A stretch of DNA of 64,000 nucleotides from an uncultured virus (IMG/VR IMGVR_UViG_3300017747_004610) (taxonomy: Duplodnaviria; Heunggongvirae; Uroviricota; Caudoviricetes), in IMG/VR virus record IMGVR_UViG_3300017747_004610, one strand, 5' to 3'. The notes below the pieces were generated by a model. That model was not told the DNA's origin. It searched no databases and saw only the letters and a list, made by a program, of their open reading frames with translations. Positions 1 to 10,168 of the stretch are shown piece after piece. The position numbers were made by a program, and so were the translations under genes. Position 1 is the first letter of the stretch, and each line of letters starts with the position of its first letter.

Positions 1-120
1 ATTAGTTGGAGTTTGAGTCTGTGTTGAAGTATTAGTTGGAGTTTGAGTCTGTGTTGAAGTATTAGTTGGAGTTTGAGTCTGTGTTGAAGTATTAGTTGGA
101 GTTTGAGTCTGTGTTGAAGT
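1..120. repeat. Perfect 30-bp tandem repeat x4 (coding, [10 protein letters not shown])
   Basis: attagttggagtttgagtctgtgttgaagt repeated four times head to tail, with degenerate copies continuing to ~180. Confidence 0.95.
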
Positions 121-1122
121 ATTGGTAGGAGTATTCGTTGGAGTTTGAGTCTGTGTTGAAGTATTGGTAGGAGTATTCGTTGGAGTCTCGGTAGGAGTCA
201 CAGTAGGCGTGTTTGTGGGTGTTTCAGATGGAGTTTGTGTTGGAGTTTGTGTTGGTGTTTCAGTATTAGTCGCCGTCTGAGTTGGTGTCTCAGTCGGAGT
301 ATTAGTTGGAGTCTCACTCGGAGTGTTTGTCGGTGTCTCTGTTGGAGTTGGTGTCTGAGTTTCTGTCGCAGTAGGCGTTAATCCAACCGTAGCTGTGGGG
401 GTCGAAGTTTCAGTTGGAGTCGGAGTTTGAGTTGGCGTCTCTGTAGGGGTTTCTGTTTGTGTTGCGGTTGGGGTTGGGGTCAATCCTTCAAAACATCCAC
501 CGCAGAAACTTTCATCAACTTGAATAATAGTCAATCCAACCGATGCCGTAACACTCCCTAAAATTGCACAGAAATATCCTGTACCACCAGGATATGGAAC
601 GTTAGTTATAGATTGAGAAACGTGATTACAATTCAAATAAGTTATTGTATTAACACCAGAAGGATCTCCATCATTCGTATATTGATAACAAACACATCCA
701 TCCGCAGAAGGTGTTATTGTGGGAGTTGCGGTAATTGTGGGAGTAGGACTTGGAGTTTCACTTGGTGTTACTGGCGGAGTTTCAGTTGGAGTTGGTGTAG
801 TTCCGACTGTTGCCGTTGGAGTTGGGGTCACGGACAAACAACACTCAGTTAAAGTTTGACTGACTGTAGAAACAGGCCCAACTATTTGAGTATTATTTTT
901 ATAGTAATAAATGTTAGGTGAAGGAGAACCTGTAGTATCAATACAAAGGTCATTCAAAAATGTACCCGAAAGTGTATAAAGTTCTTGTTGTGAGTTTCCA
1001 CTACAATCAATATAATCGACGTATACTGTGCCATCAAACTTACCAGGGTCGGTATTCCCCGTTGAGTCATCCAAATCTAATTGGTCGATAATTACATCAT
1101 AATAGAAACACGTACACGCCAT
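1..1122 (-). CDS. Thr/Pro-rich mucin-like putative virion protein with small Cys-rich domains (3' end runs off window)
   Basis: Not in ORF track because no stop falls inside the window. ATG at 1122; open frame to base 1: [19 protein letters not shown]...[18 protein letters not shown]...[11 protein letters not shown]...([10 protein letters not shown])n. TATTTATA motif upstream. Confidence 0.85.
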   Translation of the reverse strand, partial: MACTCFYYDVIIDQLDLDDSTGNTDPGKFDGTVYVDYIDCSGNSQQELYTLSGTFLNDLCIDTTGSPSPNIYYYKNNTQIVGPVSTVSQTLTECCLSVTPTPTATVGTTPTPTETPPVTPSETPSPTPTITATPTITPSADGCVCYQYTNDGDPSGVNTITYLNCNHVSQSITNVPYPGGTGYFCAILGSVTASVGLTIIQVDESFCGGCFEGLTPTPTATQTETPTETPTQTPTPTETSTPTATVGLTPTATETQTPTPTETPTNTPSETPTNTPTETPTQTATNTETPTQTPTQTPSETPTNTPTVTPTETPTNTPTNTSTQTQTPTNTPTNTSTQTQTPTNTSTQTQTPTNTSTQTQTPTNTSTQTQTPTN

Positions 1123-1140
1123 AAATTTTTTAGCTTACAA

Positions 1141-1148
1141 TATAAATA
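1141..1148 (-). promoter_or_regulatory. TATTTATA motif, candidate late promoter
   Basis: Sense-strand TATTTATA 18 nt upstream of ATG 1122; same octamer precedes genes at 1234, 56780 and 63199. Confidence 0.45.
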
Positions 1149-1220
1149 ACCAGACATCAGGTTTTTATACATCCAATAATATAGTTTTGTTGAAAACTAA
1201 ATAAAGTAGTATCTCGATAA

Positions 1221-1228
1221 TATTTATA
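1221..1228 (+). promoter_or_regulatory. TATTTATA motif, candidate late promoter
   Basis: 5 nt upstream of ATG 1234. Confidence 0.45.
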
Positions 1229-1233
1229 GTTGT

Positions 1234-1404
1234 ATGAAACTTCTAAACACAATTCAAAATATTATTAAAGAGGCTGAAGAACAATATAACAATGCCTGTG
1301 ATTCATGTGTCCCTGTTGAAGAATTGGACAGACTTGAAAAACGCTACAAAGATTCCCTCAAACTACTGAAGTTATACCAGTCTGAAGAAAAAAAGAAACA
1401 ATAA
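1234..1404 (+). CDS. Small hypothetical protein (56 aa)
   Basis: Below ORF-track cut-off; MKLLNTIQNIIKEAEEQYNNACDSCVPVEELDRLEKRYKDSLKLLKLYQSEEKKKQ*, fills the intergenic gap, TATTTATA upstream. Confidence 0.7.
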   Translation: MKLLNTIQNIIKEAEEQYNNACDSCVPVEELDRLEKRYKDSLKLLKLYQSEEKKKQ

Positions 1405-1457
1405 TTTCAACCCAAGTCAATAGATTTTTTTGAAAACCTTTCATATATTCTAACAAT

Positions 1458-2399
1458 ATGAAAGACCCACTTTTGGATTTACACCTTTGTAGAGGACTTG
1501 GAGATACTATTTGTTCAACCCCAACTTTACGTAAATTATTTTTTGCATACGGAAAAAAAATATCCGTATTAACTGAACACCCCTATATTTTTAAGAACAA
1601 TAAATACGTTAACAAGATTTTTAATTCTTCAGAAACTACTCGAGAAAGTTTAGAAGAACAATATGAATTGTTAGTCAGTTTTGCACCAAATTTAGAAAAT
1701 GCATATAAATTAGGGCTACGTCATAATGTAATGGACATTCGGCAGTTTCACTCATCAGGATTGGGGTTTCAATTATTACCTGAAGAATGTACCGTAGAAT
1801 ATACTCCCGATGAATGGGAACCAATTGAAAATCTTCCTGATAAATTTGTTTTAATACATCCAGTACAAAGTTGGGCGGCAAGAACATGGGACGCGGATAA
1901 ATGGAAACTATTGTCCAATATGTTGAACGACAATGACATTGCCGTTGTATCCGTTGGAAAGTCCTCGAGTGAAATAGGATTTCATATGGTTCAAAAACCT
2001 GTTTTCGATTTTCCTATAAAGTTGGGATTAAACCTAATGAACCATACCACCATTTCACAAACATGGTGGTTAATACAAAAAAGTTTGGCATTTATAACGA
2101 TGGATTCAGGCCTTCTACATTTAGCGGGATCTACAGATGCAAACATTATTCAACTTGGTAGTTCAATAAATTGGAAACTTAGAGCTCCATTCAGGAATGG
2201 ACGACAAGATTATAAGTACCATTATGTTGATGGTGATTGTAAAATTGCTTGTGCCTCAGACATGAGATATGGTGTCAGAGAATGGAACTCCATACGTGGA
2301 ATTCCACCATTGGTTAATTGTTTAGAAAATAAAAAAGAATTTGTTTGCCATCCGAATGTGTCACAGGTATTCAATAAAGTTAATGAAATAATAAAGTAA
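1458..2399 (+). CDS. GT9-like (heptosyltransferase-type) glycosyltransferase
   Basis: GLGDTIC, IHP...WAARTW...KW, FITMDSGLLHLA motifs; C-terminal Cys cluster. Confidence 0.85.
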   Translation: MKDPLLDLHLCRGLGDTICSTPTLRKLFFAYGKKISVLTEHPYIFKNNKYVNKIFNSSETTRESLEEQYELLVSFAPNLENAYKLGLRHNVMDIRQFHSSGLGFQLLPEECTVEYTPDEWEPIENLPDKFVLIHPVQSWAARTWDADKWKLLSNMLNDNDIAVVSVGKSSSEIGFHMVQKPVFDFPIKLGLNLMNHTTISQTWWLIQKSLAFITMDSGLLHLAGSTDANIIQLGSSINWKLRAPFRNGRQDYKYHYVDGDCKIACASDMRYGVREWNSIRGIPPLVNCLENKKEFVCHPNVSQVFNKVNEIIK

Positions 2400-2403
2400 A
2401 AAA

Positions 2404-5400
2404 ATGCCAGAAAGTTATAAATTTTTCAAAGAAGAAGTAAAAAATTACTTAATCAATAATGTCTCCCTTTCATCAAAAATATTAGATGTTGGACCAGGTG
2501 TTGGTACTTATTCTGAACTCATACGAAATTTTGGTTATAAAATTGATTGTGTCGAAATATGGGAACCATACGTAGAAACCTATAACTTGAAAGAAAAATA
2601 CGACAACGTATTTGTCGGAGATATCATGGATTTTGACATATCTAACTACGATTTCATTATCTTGGGGGATGTTTTAGAACATCTCCCAAAAGAACAAGGT
2701 ATGTCTTTGATTCAAAGAATTCATAAATTAGGTAAACAATGTTTAGTAGCAGTACCTTATCAAATGGAACAAGGTGAACATAATGGAAACATCTATGAAA
2801 CTCATCATCAGTCCGATTTGACTATACAGTTAATGACAGAAAGATACCCTGAACTAACTATGATTTATTCTAATCATTACTATGGATATTATGTCTCTAC
2901 AGAAAAAATAACTATTGGAACTAAATTTGAAAAATCATTTGTTTTATACTCAACTGAAAATTATTTTGATATCCTCACAGAATGTGTGAAATCAATTAGA
3001 GAGTTCAGTGAACTTCCAATCATTGTTTACCTTATTAATTCAGATAGACAAATTGAAGTCCCCAAGACCAAAACAATAAGATGGGATTTACAGATTGATG
3101 ATTTATCTGATGACTTATACCTAAATCATAATAATAATTTTTATATTGATAGAAAAAATCCAACAATCTATAAGATTCTAATTCAAAGACCATTAATCGT
3201 AAAAGATGCTCTATCAAAATATTCCGATACTATTTGTTATGTTGATAGTGATTCAATTGCAACTCCATTAGTAGATACAATATTTTCATATTTCAACCAA
3301 ACGTCTAATTACCCTTATTTTGTGGAAGGGATTTATGAATTTTTAATACTCAATGGGATAGGAGTCGGAGGCGAGTTAAATGAAACTTTAGAACATAATG
3401 CATGTGAACTTTTTGGAGTAGACCAATCAGTTAGAAAAAATTATAGACAAACTGGCTATTTTATTGCAGGTCAAAACACTTATGACTTTTTAGATGAATG
3501 GTATTGGATGTGTAATCACCCAAAAATTCTGAATAATATCGGTCATTACACACCATTTAATGAAGAAACAATCGCAAACGTTTTGCTTTGGAAGTATAAT
3601 ATCCAAGAAGGCCTTCCATATATATATGTCAACGGAACTTTTGACACAATAAATAAAATGTATAATGAAGTAGAGTACAAAGGAGATGGAATTCGTAATT
3701 TTCAAGGAGACTGGCTGAGAGTCCCATATCATAAAGAACACCTTTTGTTTTTTCATGGAGAAAAAAAACCTGAAACTATGAGACAAATGGTAGAAGAAAT
3801 AAAAAAACACAATAACGTATCTGAAGAAATTCAAGTACACTCTCCCGAATCAAATTCAGAAAAACTACGAATTTTATTTTTAGCCCCTCACTTATCTACG
3901 GGCGGGATGCCAGCATATTTACTCAAAAGAATTGAATCCCTGTCATTACATTATCCATTTATAGAATTTTTCTTGGCTGAGTTTTGTCAATATTCCACAC
4001 TATATACGGTTCAACGAGATAGAATAAAAGAAATAGTACCCGAAGAAAGATTTTGGACTATTAATACCTTGAATGACCATAATGTTGAGAACTCTATGAA
4101 AGTAATTGACCTCATCAAAACTCATTTTATTGATATTGTTCACATAGATGAAATGATTGAAGGTTTTGATTCATTCAACAAAGTCCCTGACGAACTCAAA
4201 CATGCTCTATATGACAATAATAGAACTTGGAGAGTTGTTGAAACCTGTCATAATATTTGGTTCGATCCAGAATCTTCCAAACTATTTCATCCTGACGCTT
4301 ACGCATTATGTACTCCTTACCACTTGGAAAAAACATTCAAGAAAATGCCTTCACATATGGAAGTTTTTGAATTCCCAATCGAAAATAGATTTCGATCTAG
4401 AGTTGAACAAGTAAGGGCACAAGAGGAATTAGGATTGGACATTTCAAAAGTACACATAATTAATGTTGGACTTTGGACTTCGGGTAAAAATCAAAGAGAA
4501 GGAATTGAAATTGCCAAACATTTTGAAGGAGGAAATGTTGAGTTTCATTTCGTAGGTAATCAAGCATCAAACTTTGAAAGTTACTGGAAACCCTTGATGT
4601 CCGATCTACCATCAAACGTCAGAATTTGGGGAGAAAGAAGTGATGTAGATACATTCATGAAAGCTTCAGATATTTTGATGTTCAACTCAACTTGGGAATG
4701 TAATCCTCTTGTGATACGCGAAGCAGCATCATTAGGTTTGAAAATTATTGCAAGAGACCTTCCACAATATGTCGGCATGTTTAATGGATTGATTACCCCT
4801 CTTACTGATGACATTCCCACAAATGTCAACAATTTACGTAGATTGATTTCCTCAAGTCGTGACTATCAAATTTTAGATGGTATGACTGAAGAATTTGCAG
4901 TAAAACATTATAATCTATATAAATTCTTACTAACTCAAGAACCAAGAAAAAAAACAAAAAGTAATACCAAAGTGCAGATTAAACAATTTTTTATAAACGA
5001 ACCTTTCTTGGAAATTGTTGGTCAAAGTGATAGTGAATATGATGTTAAGTTTTTTGACGAGTTCGGTGTCTGTAATTATCATAATACGATAAAATCAAAC
5101 CATTGGATTAAATTAAATCGGAAATACTTTACTAAATGGAATACAAAAATCCTTGAGGATAAAGTTTTAATCTATGACGAAACCCTAAATTATGAAAGCA
5201 AACGGGTTTTCATAAATTTTGATAGTAGTTCTTTAGGAGATACTGTATCATGGATACCTTATGTCTTAGAATTCAAAAATACCCATAAATGTGAGGTGAT
5301 TGTTTCGACATATTGGAACCATTTATTCCGCGAAGCTTATCCTGAATTGGAATTTGTTGAACCAGGAAGTGTTGTACATAATATTCACGGGCAATATAAT

Positions 5401-6036
5401 CTTGGGTGGTTTTATGATAACAATAGAGAACCTACCTTACCAAATACAATTCCGTTACAACAAGCTGCAACAAATATATTGGGGCTACCTTATAAAGAGA
5501 TTAAACCAAGAATCTCTTATAAAATTCTCGAAAGACCTTATGAAGAAAAATATGTTACAATTGCCACCAACTCAACCGCAGGATGTAAGTTTTGGACAAA
5601 AGAGGGATGGCAAGGCCTTATCAATTATCTTCATTCTCTCGGATATAAAGTTATCAATGTATCTAAAGAAAACAATCGATTTGACAACTGTGAAAAAATA
5701 AAAGATACTGCAATGGATTATACAATGAATGTCATCCATCACAGTGAATTCTTCATTGGGTTATCCAGCGGATTATCTTGGTTATCTTGGGCAATGGGTA
5801 AACACGTTGTGATGATTAGTAATTTCACAGAACCTGACCACGAATTTACTTCTAACTGTACAAGAATAACAAATCCAAATGTTTGTAACGGATGTTGGAA
5901 TAGTCCTATATATAAATTTGATAAAGGAGATTGGAATTGGTGTCCAGTTCACAAAGGAACAAACCGACAATTTGAATGTCATACATCAATAACACCAGAA
6001 ATGGTAATAAATAAAATACAACACTTATTAATATGA
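2404..6036 (+). CDS. Multidomain SAM methyltransferase / GT-A / GT-B (GT4-like) / Aah-TibC-like protein O-glycosyltransferase fusion
   Basis: ILDVGPGVG and GDVLEHL (MTase); YVDSD (DxD); PHLSTGGMP, GLWTSGKNQ, NSTWECNPLVIREA (GT-B); SSSLGDTVSWIPY, FIGLSSGLSWLSW, CNGCWN...WNWCPVHK...FECHTSIT (Aah/TibC-type). Confidence 0.85.
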   Translation: MPESYKFFKEEVKNYLINNVSLSSKILDVGPGVGTYSELIRNFGYKIDCVEIWEPYVETYNLKEKYDNVFVGDIMDFDISNYDFIILGDVLEHLPKEQGMSLIQRIHKLGKQCLVAVPYQMEQGEHNGNIYETHHQSDLTIQLMTERYPELTMIYSNHYYGYYVSTEKITIGTKFEKSFVLYSTENYFDILTECVKSIREFSELPIIVYLINSDRQIEVPKTKTIRWDLQIDDLSDDLYLNHNNNFYIDRKNPTIYKILIQRPLIVKDALSKYSDTICYVDSDSIATPLVDTIFSYFNQTSNYPYFVEGIYEFLILNGIGVGGELNETLEHNACELFGVDQSVRKNYRQTGYFIAGQNTYDFLDEWYWMCNHPKILNNIGHYTPFNEETIANVLLWKYNIQEGLPYIYVNGTFDTINKMYNEVEYKGDGIRNFQGDWLRVPYHKEHLLFFHGEKKPETMRQMVEEIKKHNNVSEEIQVHSPESNSEKLRILFLAPHLSTGGMPAYLLKRIESLSLHYPFIEFFLAEFCQYSTLYTVQRDRIKEIVPEERFWTINTLNDHNVENSMKVIDLIKTHFIDIVHIDEMIEGFDSFNKVPDELKHALYDNNRTWRVVETCHNIWFDPESSKLFHPDAYALCTPYHLEKTFKKMPSHMEVFEFPIENRFRSRVEQVRAQEELGLDISKVHIINVGLWTSGKNQREGIEIAKHFEGGNVEFHFVGNQASNFESYWKPLMSDLPSNVRIWGERSDVDTFMKASDILMFNSTWECNPLVIREAASLGLKIIARDLPQYVGMFNGLITPLTDDIPTNVNNLRRLISSSRDYQILDGMTEEFAVKHYNLYKFLLTQEPRKKTKSNTKVQIKQFFINEPFLEIVGQSDSEYDVKFFDEFGVCNYHNTIKSNHWIKLNRKYFTKWNTKILEDKVLIYDETLNYESKRVFINFDSSSLGDTVSWIPYVLEFKNTHKCEVIVSTYWNHLFREAYPELEFVEPGSVVHNIHGQYNLGWFYDNNREPTLPNTIPLQQAATNILGLPYKEIKPRISYKILERPYEEKYVTIATNSTAGCKFWTKEGWQGLINYLHSLGYKVINVSKENNRFDNCEKIKDTAMDYTMNVIHHSEFFIGLSSGLSWLSWAMGKHVVMISNFTEPDHEFTSNCTRITNPNVCNGCWNSPIYKFDKGDWNWCPVHKGTNRQFECHTSITPEMVINKIQHLLI

Positions 6037-6707
6037 ATTTAGAAAACTTTGTTTGGGAACCTAAATGTTATGAAGGATTCCGAGAAACCGTTGAAAAAGA
6101 AATTTTCGTGGATAAAATTTACGAAAGATTTTTTGAAGTTGAAGAGGGAGATGTGGTATTTGATATTGGTGCGAGTCTTGGTCCATTCACCTATTCTATT
6201 TTACACAAAAATCCTTCACAGGTGTTTGCCTTTGAACCAAGTTTTGAAGAATTCAAGACATTAGTTTTGAACACCAGACATGGAAATGTTACTCACATAA
6301 ACAAAGGTATTTCCAACACCATTGGAGAATTCGAATTTTCAGAAGTATTTGATGTTTCAGGTAATCATAAACTTTATTCAACCACATTTAATAAAGTAAT
6401 CCAAGATTACAATATTAAAAAAATTGATTTCTTAAAAACTGACTGTGAAACTGGAGAATACGACATTTTCACTTTGGAAAATTTGTTTTGGATTAAAAAT
6501 AATGTGAGAAAAATTTCAGGTGAATGGCATTTAAGAGAAGAATGGATGAAGGAAAAGTTCAGAATATTTAGAGATGTTTATTTAAGATTTTTCCCTAACT
6601 TCAAAGTATATTCATTTGATGGTATTGACATTACTTGGTCAATTTGGAATGAAAATTTTATTCCTTATTACAACGAAATTATGATTTATATCGATAATAG
6701 AAATTAA
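6033..6707 (+). CDS. FkbM-family methyltransferase
   Basis: VVFDIGASLG, FAFEP, IDFLKTDCETGEY, GEWH. Confidence 0.85.
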   Translation: MNLENFVWEPKCYEGFRETVEKEIFVDKIYERFFEVEEGDVVFDIGASLGPFTYSILHKNPSQVFAFEPSFEEFKTLVLNTRHGNVTHINKGISNTIGEFEFSEVFDVSGNHKLYSTTFNKVIQDYNIKKIDFLKTDCETGEYDIFTLENLFWIKNNVRKISGEWHLREEWMKEKFRIFRDVYLRFFPNFKVYSFDGIDITWSIWNENFIPYYNEIMIYIDNRN

Positions 6708-7513
6708 ATCAAACTACTTGGTACGTAATTTCTGAAGTTTGAATAAATGTGATTCAATAATGATTTTGAATAATTTTGATTGTGTTTCGGTCCCGGATGA
6801 ATATTATCAACCGCATCATCTATGAATGACCCATATGTCCCATCAAACCTATTGAACTCATTATGTGTTGTAGGAATACCCATCCATCCATTCCACAACC
6901 AATTACATTTTTTGGATTCTAAAAAATATTTTATTAAGAGGTGATTTTTATACCAATTCATAAAATCTTGATAATCATTCTGAATCGTTGTTAAACTATG
7001 TTGGATTTCTCTTCCCTCTTCAGTTTCCTCTGTGTAACCCCACTGTGAAGTTATCATAAATGGTTCTAATCCTCCATCTTTGGTGTATAGTTCTCTTCTT
7101 TGTGGAGAAGTATACATAATCAAAACTAAATCAGGTTTGATAAAATCATAATAAGTTATCAAACATCTTGATATGTAATCATTACTTCTCCCTCCCATAC
7201 CAAAATTATGGTTTACTCCATTCGAAATTAATTTAGAAAATTGAGCCGGCCACGTTTCATCATTATTAACACCAACCCCTTCTGTATTTGAGTCCCCAAT
7301 ACTCATTATCTTAAATCCGTCTTTATGAATAGAGTCTCCTCTGAACCCCAATTCATTATATGTATAGGTACATAAACGAGTTTTGTCAGATCCAGATGTT
7401 TGATACGACTTGTTGACCTTCTCAGATAAATTCCATTTATAGCTCGAAATTTCAAATCCTTCAGGTGTCCAATATTTCAAATTATCTACACAGGGGTAAT
7501 AGGTTTGATTCAT
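6704..7513 (-). CDS. SGNH/GDSL-fold hydrolase or acyltransferase
   Basis: NELGFRG, IGDSNTEG, GGRSND, DNIHPG. Confidence 0.75.
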   Translation of the reverse strand: MNQTYYPCVDNLKYWTPEGFEISSYKWNLSEKVNKSYQTSGSDKTRLCTYTYNELGFRGDSIHKDGFKIMSIGDSNTEGVGVNNDETWPAQFSKLISNGVNHNFGMGGRSNDYISRCLITYYDFIKPDLVLIMYTSPQRRELYTKDGGLEPFMITSQWGYTEETEEGREIQHSLTTIQNDYQDFMNWYKNHLLIKYFLESKKCNWLWNGWMGIPTTHNEFNRFDGTYGSFIDDAVDNIHPGPKHNQNYSKSLLNHIYSNFRNYVPSSLI

Positions 7514-8589
7514 TATATTAAAGTTTTAACAGGCGTAATAAATTCTTGTAGGTTACTCCAACTATAATTGTTTGGTAAGAAAGAATTAACTTCTTTTATA
7601 AATTCATTATACTCCGAATGAGATTCATTCCAAATTTGTTCTAATAAAAAATCCTCTTCACTAAATGTACCCCAATTAGTTATCTTACCAAAAAACACAT
7701 TTACCTTTTCACCAAAAATAGAATACATCAAATCGTAGAATAACTTCATTTCTTTATAATTTTTTTGTTGAACTACAAATGAAGTTTTTATGGTCCTTAA
7801 AGTTGGTATTGTTGAAATAAACTTTAAGTTATCTAATAATATATCCCAATTGCCATTTATTCTTGTTTTTGTTTCATAGGTTTCTTTAGTTCCTGCATCA
7901 ACACTAATTTCACAACTTGTAACATATTGATGTATGTTCGGCATCGATTCCCACATTTCTTTAGTCCAACGTGTAGCATTAGTGTGTAAGTGAATTGATT
8001 TCAGTTTTGGCCATTTGGATTTATCAAAATTTCTTAAAAAATCTCTAAAACCAACTGACACAAATGGATCTCCACTACCCGTTATATATAATGTATTCAC
8101 CTCGTTTCCATATGCATCTTCAATATCTTGTATGTCTTGTTTTACTTTTTTTATTTTATTACTGTCCGCAATAATCATATTTAATCGACATGAAGGACAT
8201 TCAAGATTACAGCTCCTGTCCATTGAAAATTGTACTAACTGTGGCGAAGTTAATTTTCCTTCCTTATATTTTTTTATTTTTATATCTAAATTAGAGCTTA
8301 ATTTATCTTTGTGGTAAAGAGGATAGACTCTACCAACATCTCCAAAGGTTTTCAATTGATGTATAAACGGGCAATGATTATGATCACAATATCTATATGA
8401 CCCATCTAATATACTATCTCGAATATCATTTGCTTCTTCTGAATTCCATGCGTCGTATGGTTTAGTATTTTCAGGTAAAAATTTAGTTAACCATGACGCA
8501 CAACATAAAAATCTTTGATGGTCATGAATTTCTATAGAAGTGAAGGGAACCGCACAAATATAATTTTTTAATAAATTTTTTTTCACCAT
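7513..8589 (-). CDS. Radical SAM protein with N-terminal SPASM/twitch-like Cys cluster
   Basis: CAVPF...LCCASW...YRYCDHNHCP, CNLECPSC, GSGDPF, LHTNA, ISVDAGTKETY. Confidence 0.9.
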   Translation of the reverse strand: MVKKNLLKNYICAVPFTSIEIHDHQRFLCCASWLTKFLPENTKPYDAWNSEEANDIRDSILDGSYRYCDHNHCPFIHQLKTFGDVGRVYPLYHKDKLSSNLDIKIKKYKEGKLTSPQLVQFSMDRSCNLECPSCRLNMIIADSNKIKKVKQDIQDIEDAYGNEVNTLYITGSGDPFVSVGFRDFLRNFDKSKWPKLKSIHLHTNATRWTKEMWESMPNIHQYVTSCEISVDAGTKETYETKTRINGNWDILLDNLKFISTIPTLRTIKTSFVVQQKNYKEMKLFYDLMYSIFGEKVNVFFGKITNWGTFSEEDFLLEQIWNESHSEYNEFIKEVNSFLPNNYSWSNLQEFITPVKTLI

Positions 8590-8646
8590 AAAATTATCTC
8601 AATTTATTTTTCGTATCTAATAGACACACAGAAATTTTCTATCATT

Positions 8647-9096
8647 TTATAAAAAATTTCTTTGGCTTTCTACATCAAGAGGATTATTCATCATAAACCC
8701 AATCAAAGTATACCTTTTTCCAACACAATTATTTACTCGATGGTATTCTTCTCCGCTAAAATATACCATATCTCCAACCTTTGGAGTGAATTCATTGTTG
8801 TCAAAAATAAGCTCACCTCCCGTAAAATCTTCATTAAGAAAAACAATGAAAGACCATGGATTATGATGCAAGTGTGGAATTTCAACCTGATTAATACTGT
8901 CATCCACCATTTGAACTCTGAACTTTTTGAAAGAAAAATTTGAGAACTTTTTTACTTCTAATTCTCTTCCCATTAAATCAACAAAATAAAATTTATAATA
9001 TTCATCCCCATAATATTTTTTATCTTCATTGTGGAAAATATCCATGAAATAATTAATTTCATCAGAAGTTAAAAAAGATGGAATATATTTTATCAT
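8647..9096 (-). CDS. 2OG-Fe(II) oxygenase (P4H-like)
   Basis: PHLH, FIVFLNEDFTGGEL, YHRV, GKRYTL. Confidence 0.8.
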   Translation of the reverse strand: MIKYIPSFLTSDEINYFMDIFHNEDKKYYGDEYYKFYFVDLMGRELEVKKFSNFSFKKFRVQMVDDSINQVEIPHLHHNPWSFIVFLNEDFTGGELIFDNNEFTPKVGDMVYFSGEEYHRVNNCVGKRYTLIGFMMNNPLDVESQRNFL

Positions 9097-9098
9097 TG

Positions 9099-9626
9099 TT
9101 AAAATAGTTTTGTTTCAGTTCCTAATTCTTTATAAGTTATAAAATAAACAAAAGAATATCGTGTACCTTTGGTGATTTCGGTAACTTCATGAAGAACTTC
9201 AGAATCCATTTTATATAATAATCCCTTTTCTGTCGCCAACTTTCCATCAGGATTATAGGTGATAAGTTCACCTCCCTCAAAATCATCATTTAATTTGGCT
9301 CCAATGATTAAGGCCCAATCATTTTGTCTTTCTCTATCAACGTGTTTGGTAAATTTACCACCCGTAAAAAATTCATGAGCATAAAAATAGTTGCCTTCTT
9401 TTATTTTATTGTTTGGATACTCGTCTTTCAAAAAATCAGAAATCAAATCGAAAAACCATTGTGTCGACTCTTCTCGTTTGACTTCACAAATATTATAATC
9501 TAATCTAGATTTATGTAATCCCGCAGGTGAACAAACATCAGGGCAATATCTAACATTAGATTTACCAAAATAGGAAATCCATGATATTACTTCGTCACAC
9601 TGCTCATTTGTCAATTTCATAATCAT
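9099..9626 (-). CDS. 2OG-Fe(II) oxygenase (P4H-like)
   Basis: KHVD, LNDDFEGGEL, LHEVTEITKGTRYS. Confidence 0.85.
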   Translation of the reverse strand: MIMKLTNEQCDEVISWISYFGKSNVRYCPDVCSPAGLHKSRLDYNICEVKREESTQWFFDLISDFLKDEYPNNKIKEGNYFYAHEFFTGGKFTKHVDRERQNDWALIIGAKLNDDFEGGELITYNPDGKLATEKGLLYKMDSEVLHEVTEITKGTRYSFVYFITYKELGTETKLF

Positions 9627-10168
9627 TATATAATTTGTTGAGGTATCATTAAATCACTTTTTTTCACCCAAAATACCATAGAGTATCTTACACCTTCAGT
9701 AACTTCACTAACCCAATGTGGTATTTTTGAGTCAAAACTGATACAATTTCCTCTTGAGGAGTTAGCAATATAATCTTCAAACATCAAGTCACCCCCTACA
9801 TAAGATCCATGTTCAGACAATTGGATAATATACGACCTATATCTTTCCCCTCTTTCCTTGTCACCAGAATCATAATTAAGAACATTATTATCCCTATGAA
9901 CAGGGAAAGAATCTCCAACGACATATTTCCTTACCAATAAGTTATGAACCTGTTCTTCATTTGAGAATGTAAATGGTTTTAGATTCAACTCAGGAAAGAT
10001 AGAAAAAAACTCTTCGGGTATATCTTCGTGTGATACTAGCCCTTCTTGCCCACATTTACCATATCTCCTCCCCCTTTCAATAACATCCAAAACTCCACTT
10101 TCAAAGTATTGAATGAAATAATCACACAAACTATGACTCAATAAAATTTTTTCTTCAATTGATTTCAT
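9626..10168 (-). CDS. 2OG-Fe(II) oxygenase (P4H-like)
   Basis: VHRD, YVGGDL, PHWVSEVTEGVRYSMVFW; start moved to ATG 10168 (ATGA overlap with upstream stop) from the track's 10213. Confidence 0.85.
   Translation of the reverse strand: MKSIEEKILLSHSLCDYFIQYFESGVLDVIERGRRYGKCGQEGLVSHEDIPEEFFSIFPELNLKPFTFSNEEQVHNLLVRKYVVGDSFPVHRDNNVLNYDSGDKERGERYRSYIIQLSEHGSYVGGDLMFEDYIANSSRGNCISFDSKIPHWVSEVTEGVRYSMVFWVKKSDLMIPQQII

Noticed and set aside
1..180. Direct repeats resembling a CRISPR array
   Set aside because: Head-to-tail 30-bp units with no unique spacers, in frame within a coding sequence; no cas genes
613..852. 79-aa Cys/Trp/Arg-rich + strand ORF and the many other 60-170 aa ORFs nested in or antisense to longer genes
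   Set aside because: They overlap well-supported genes and show no recognisable motifs
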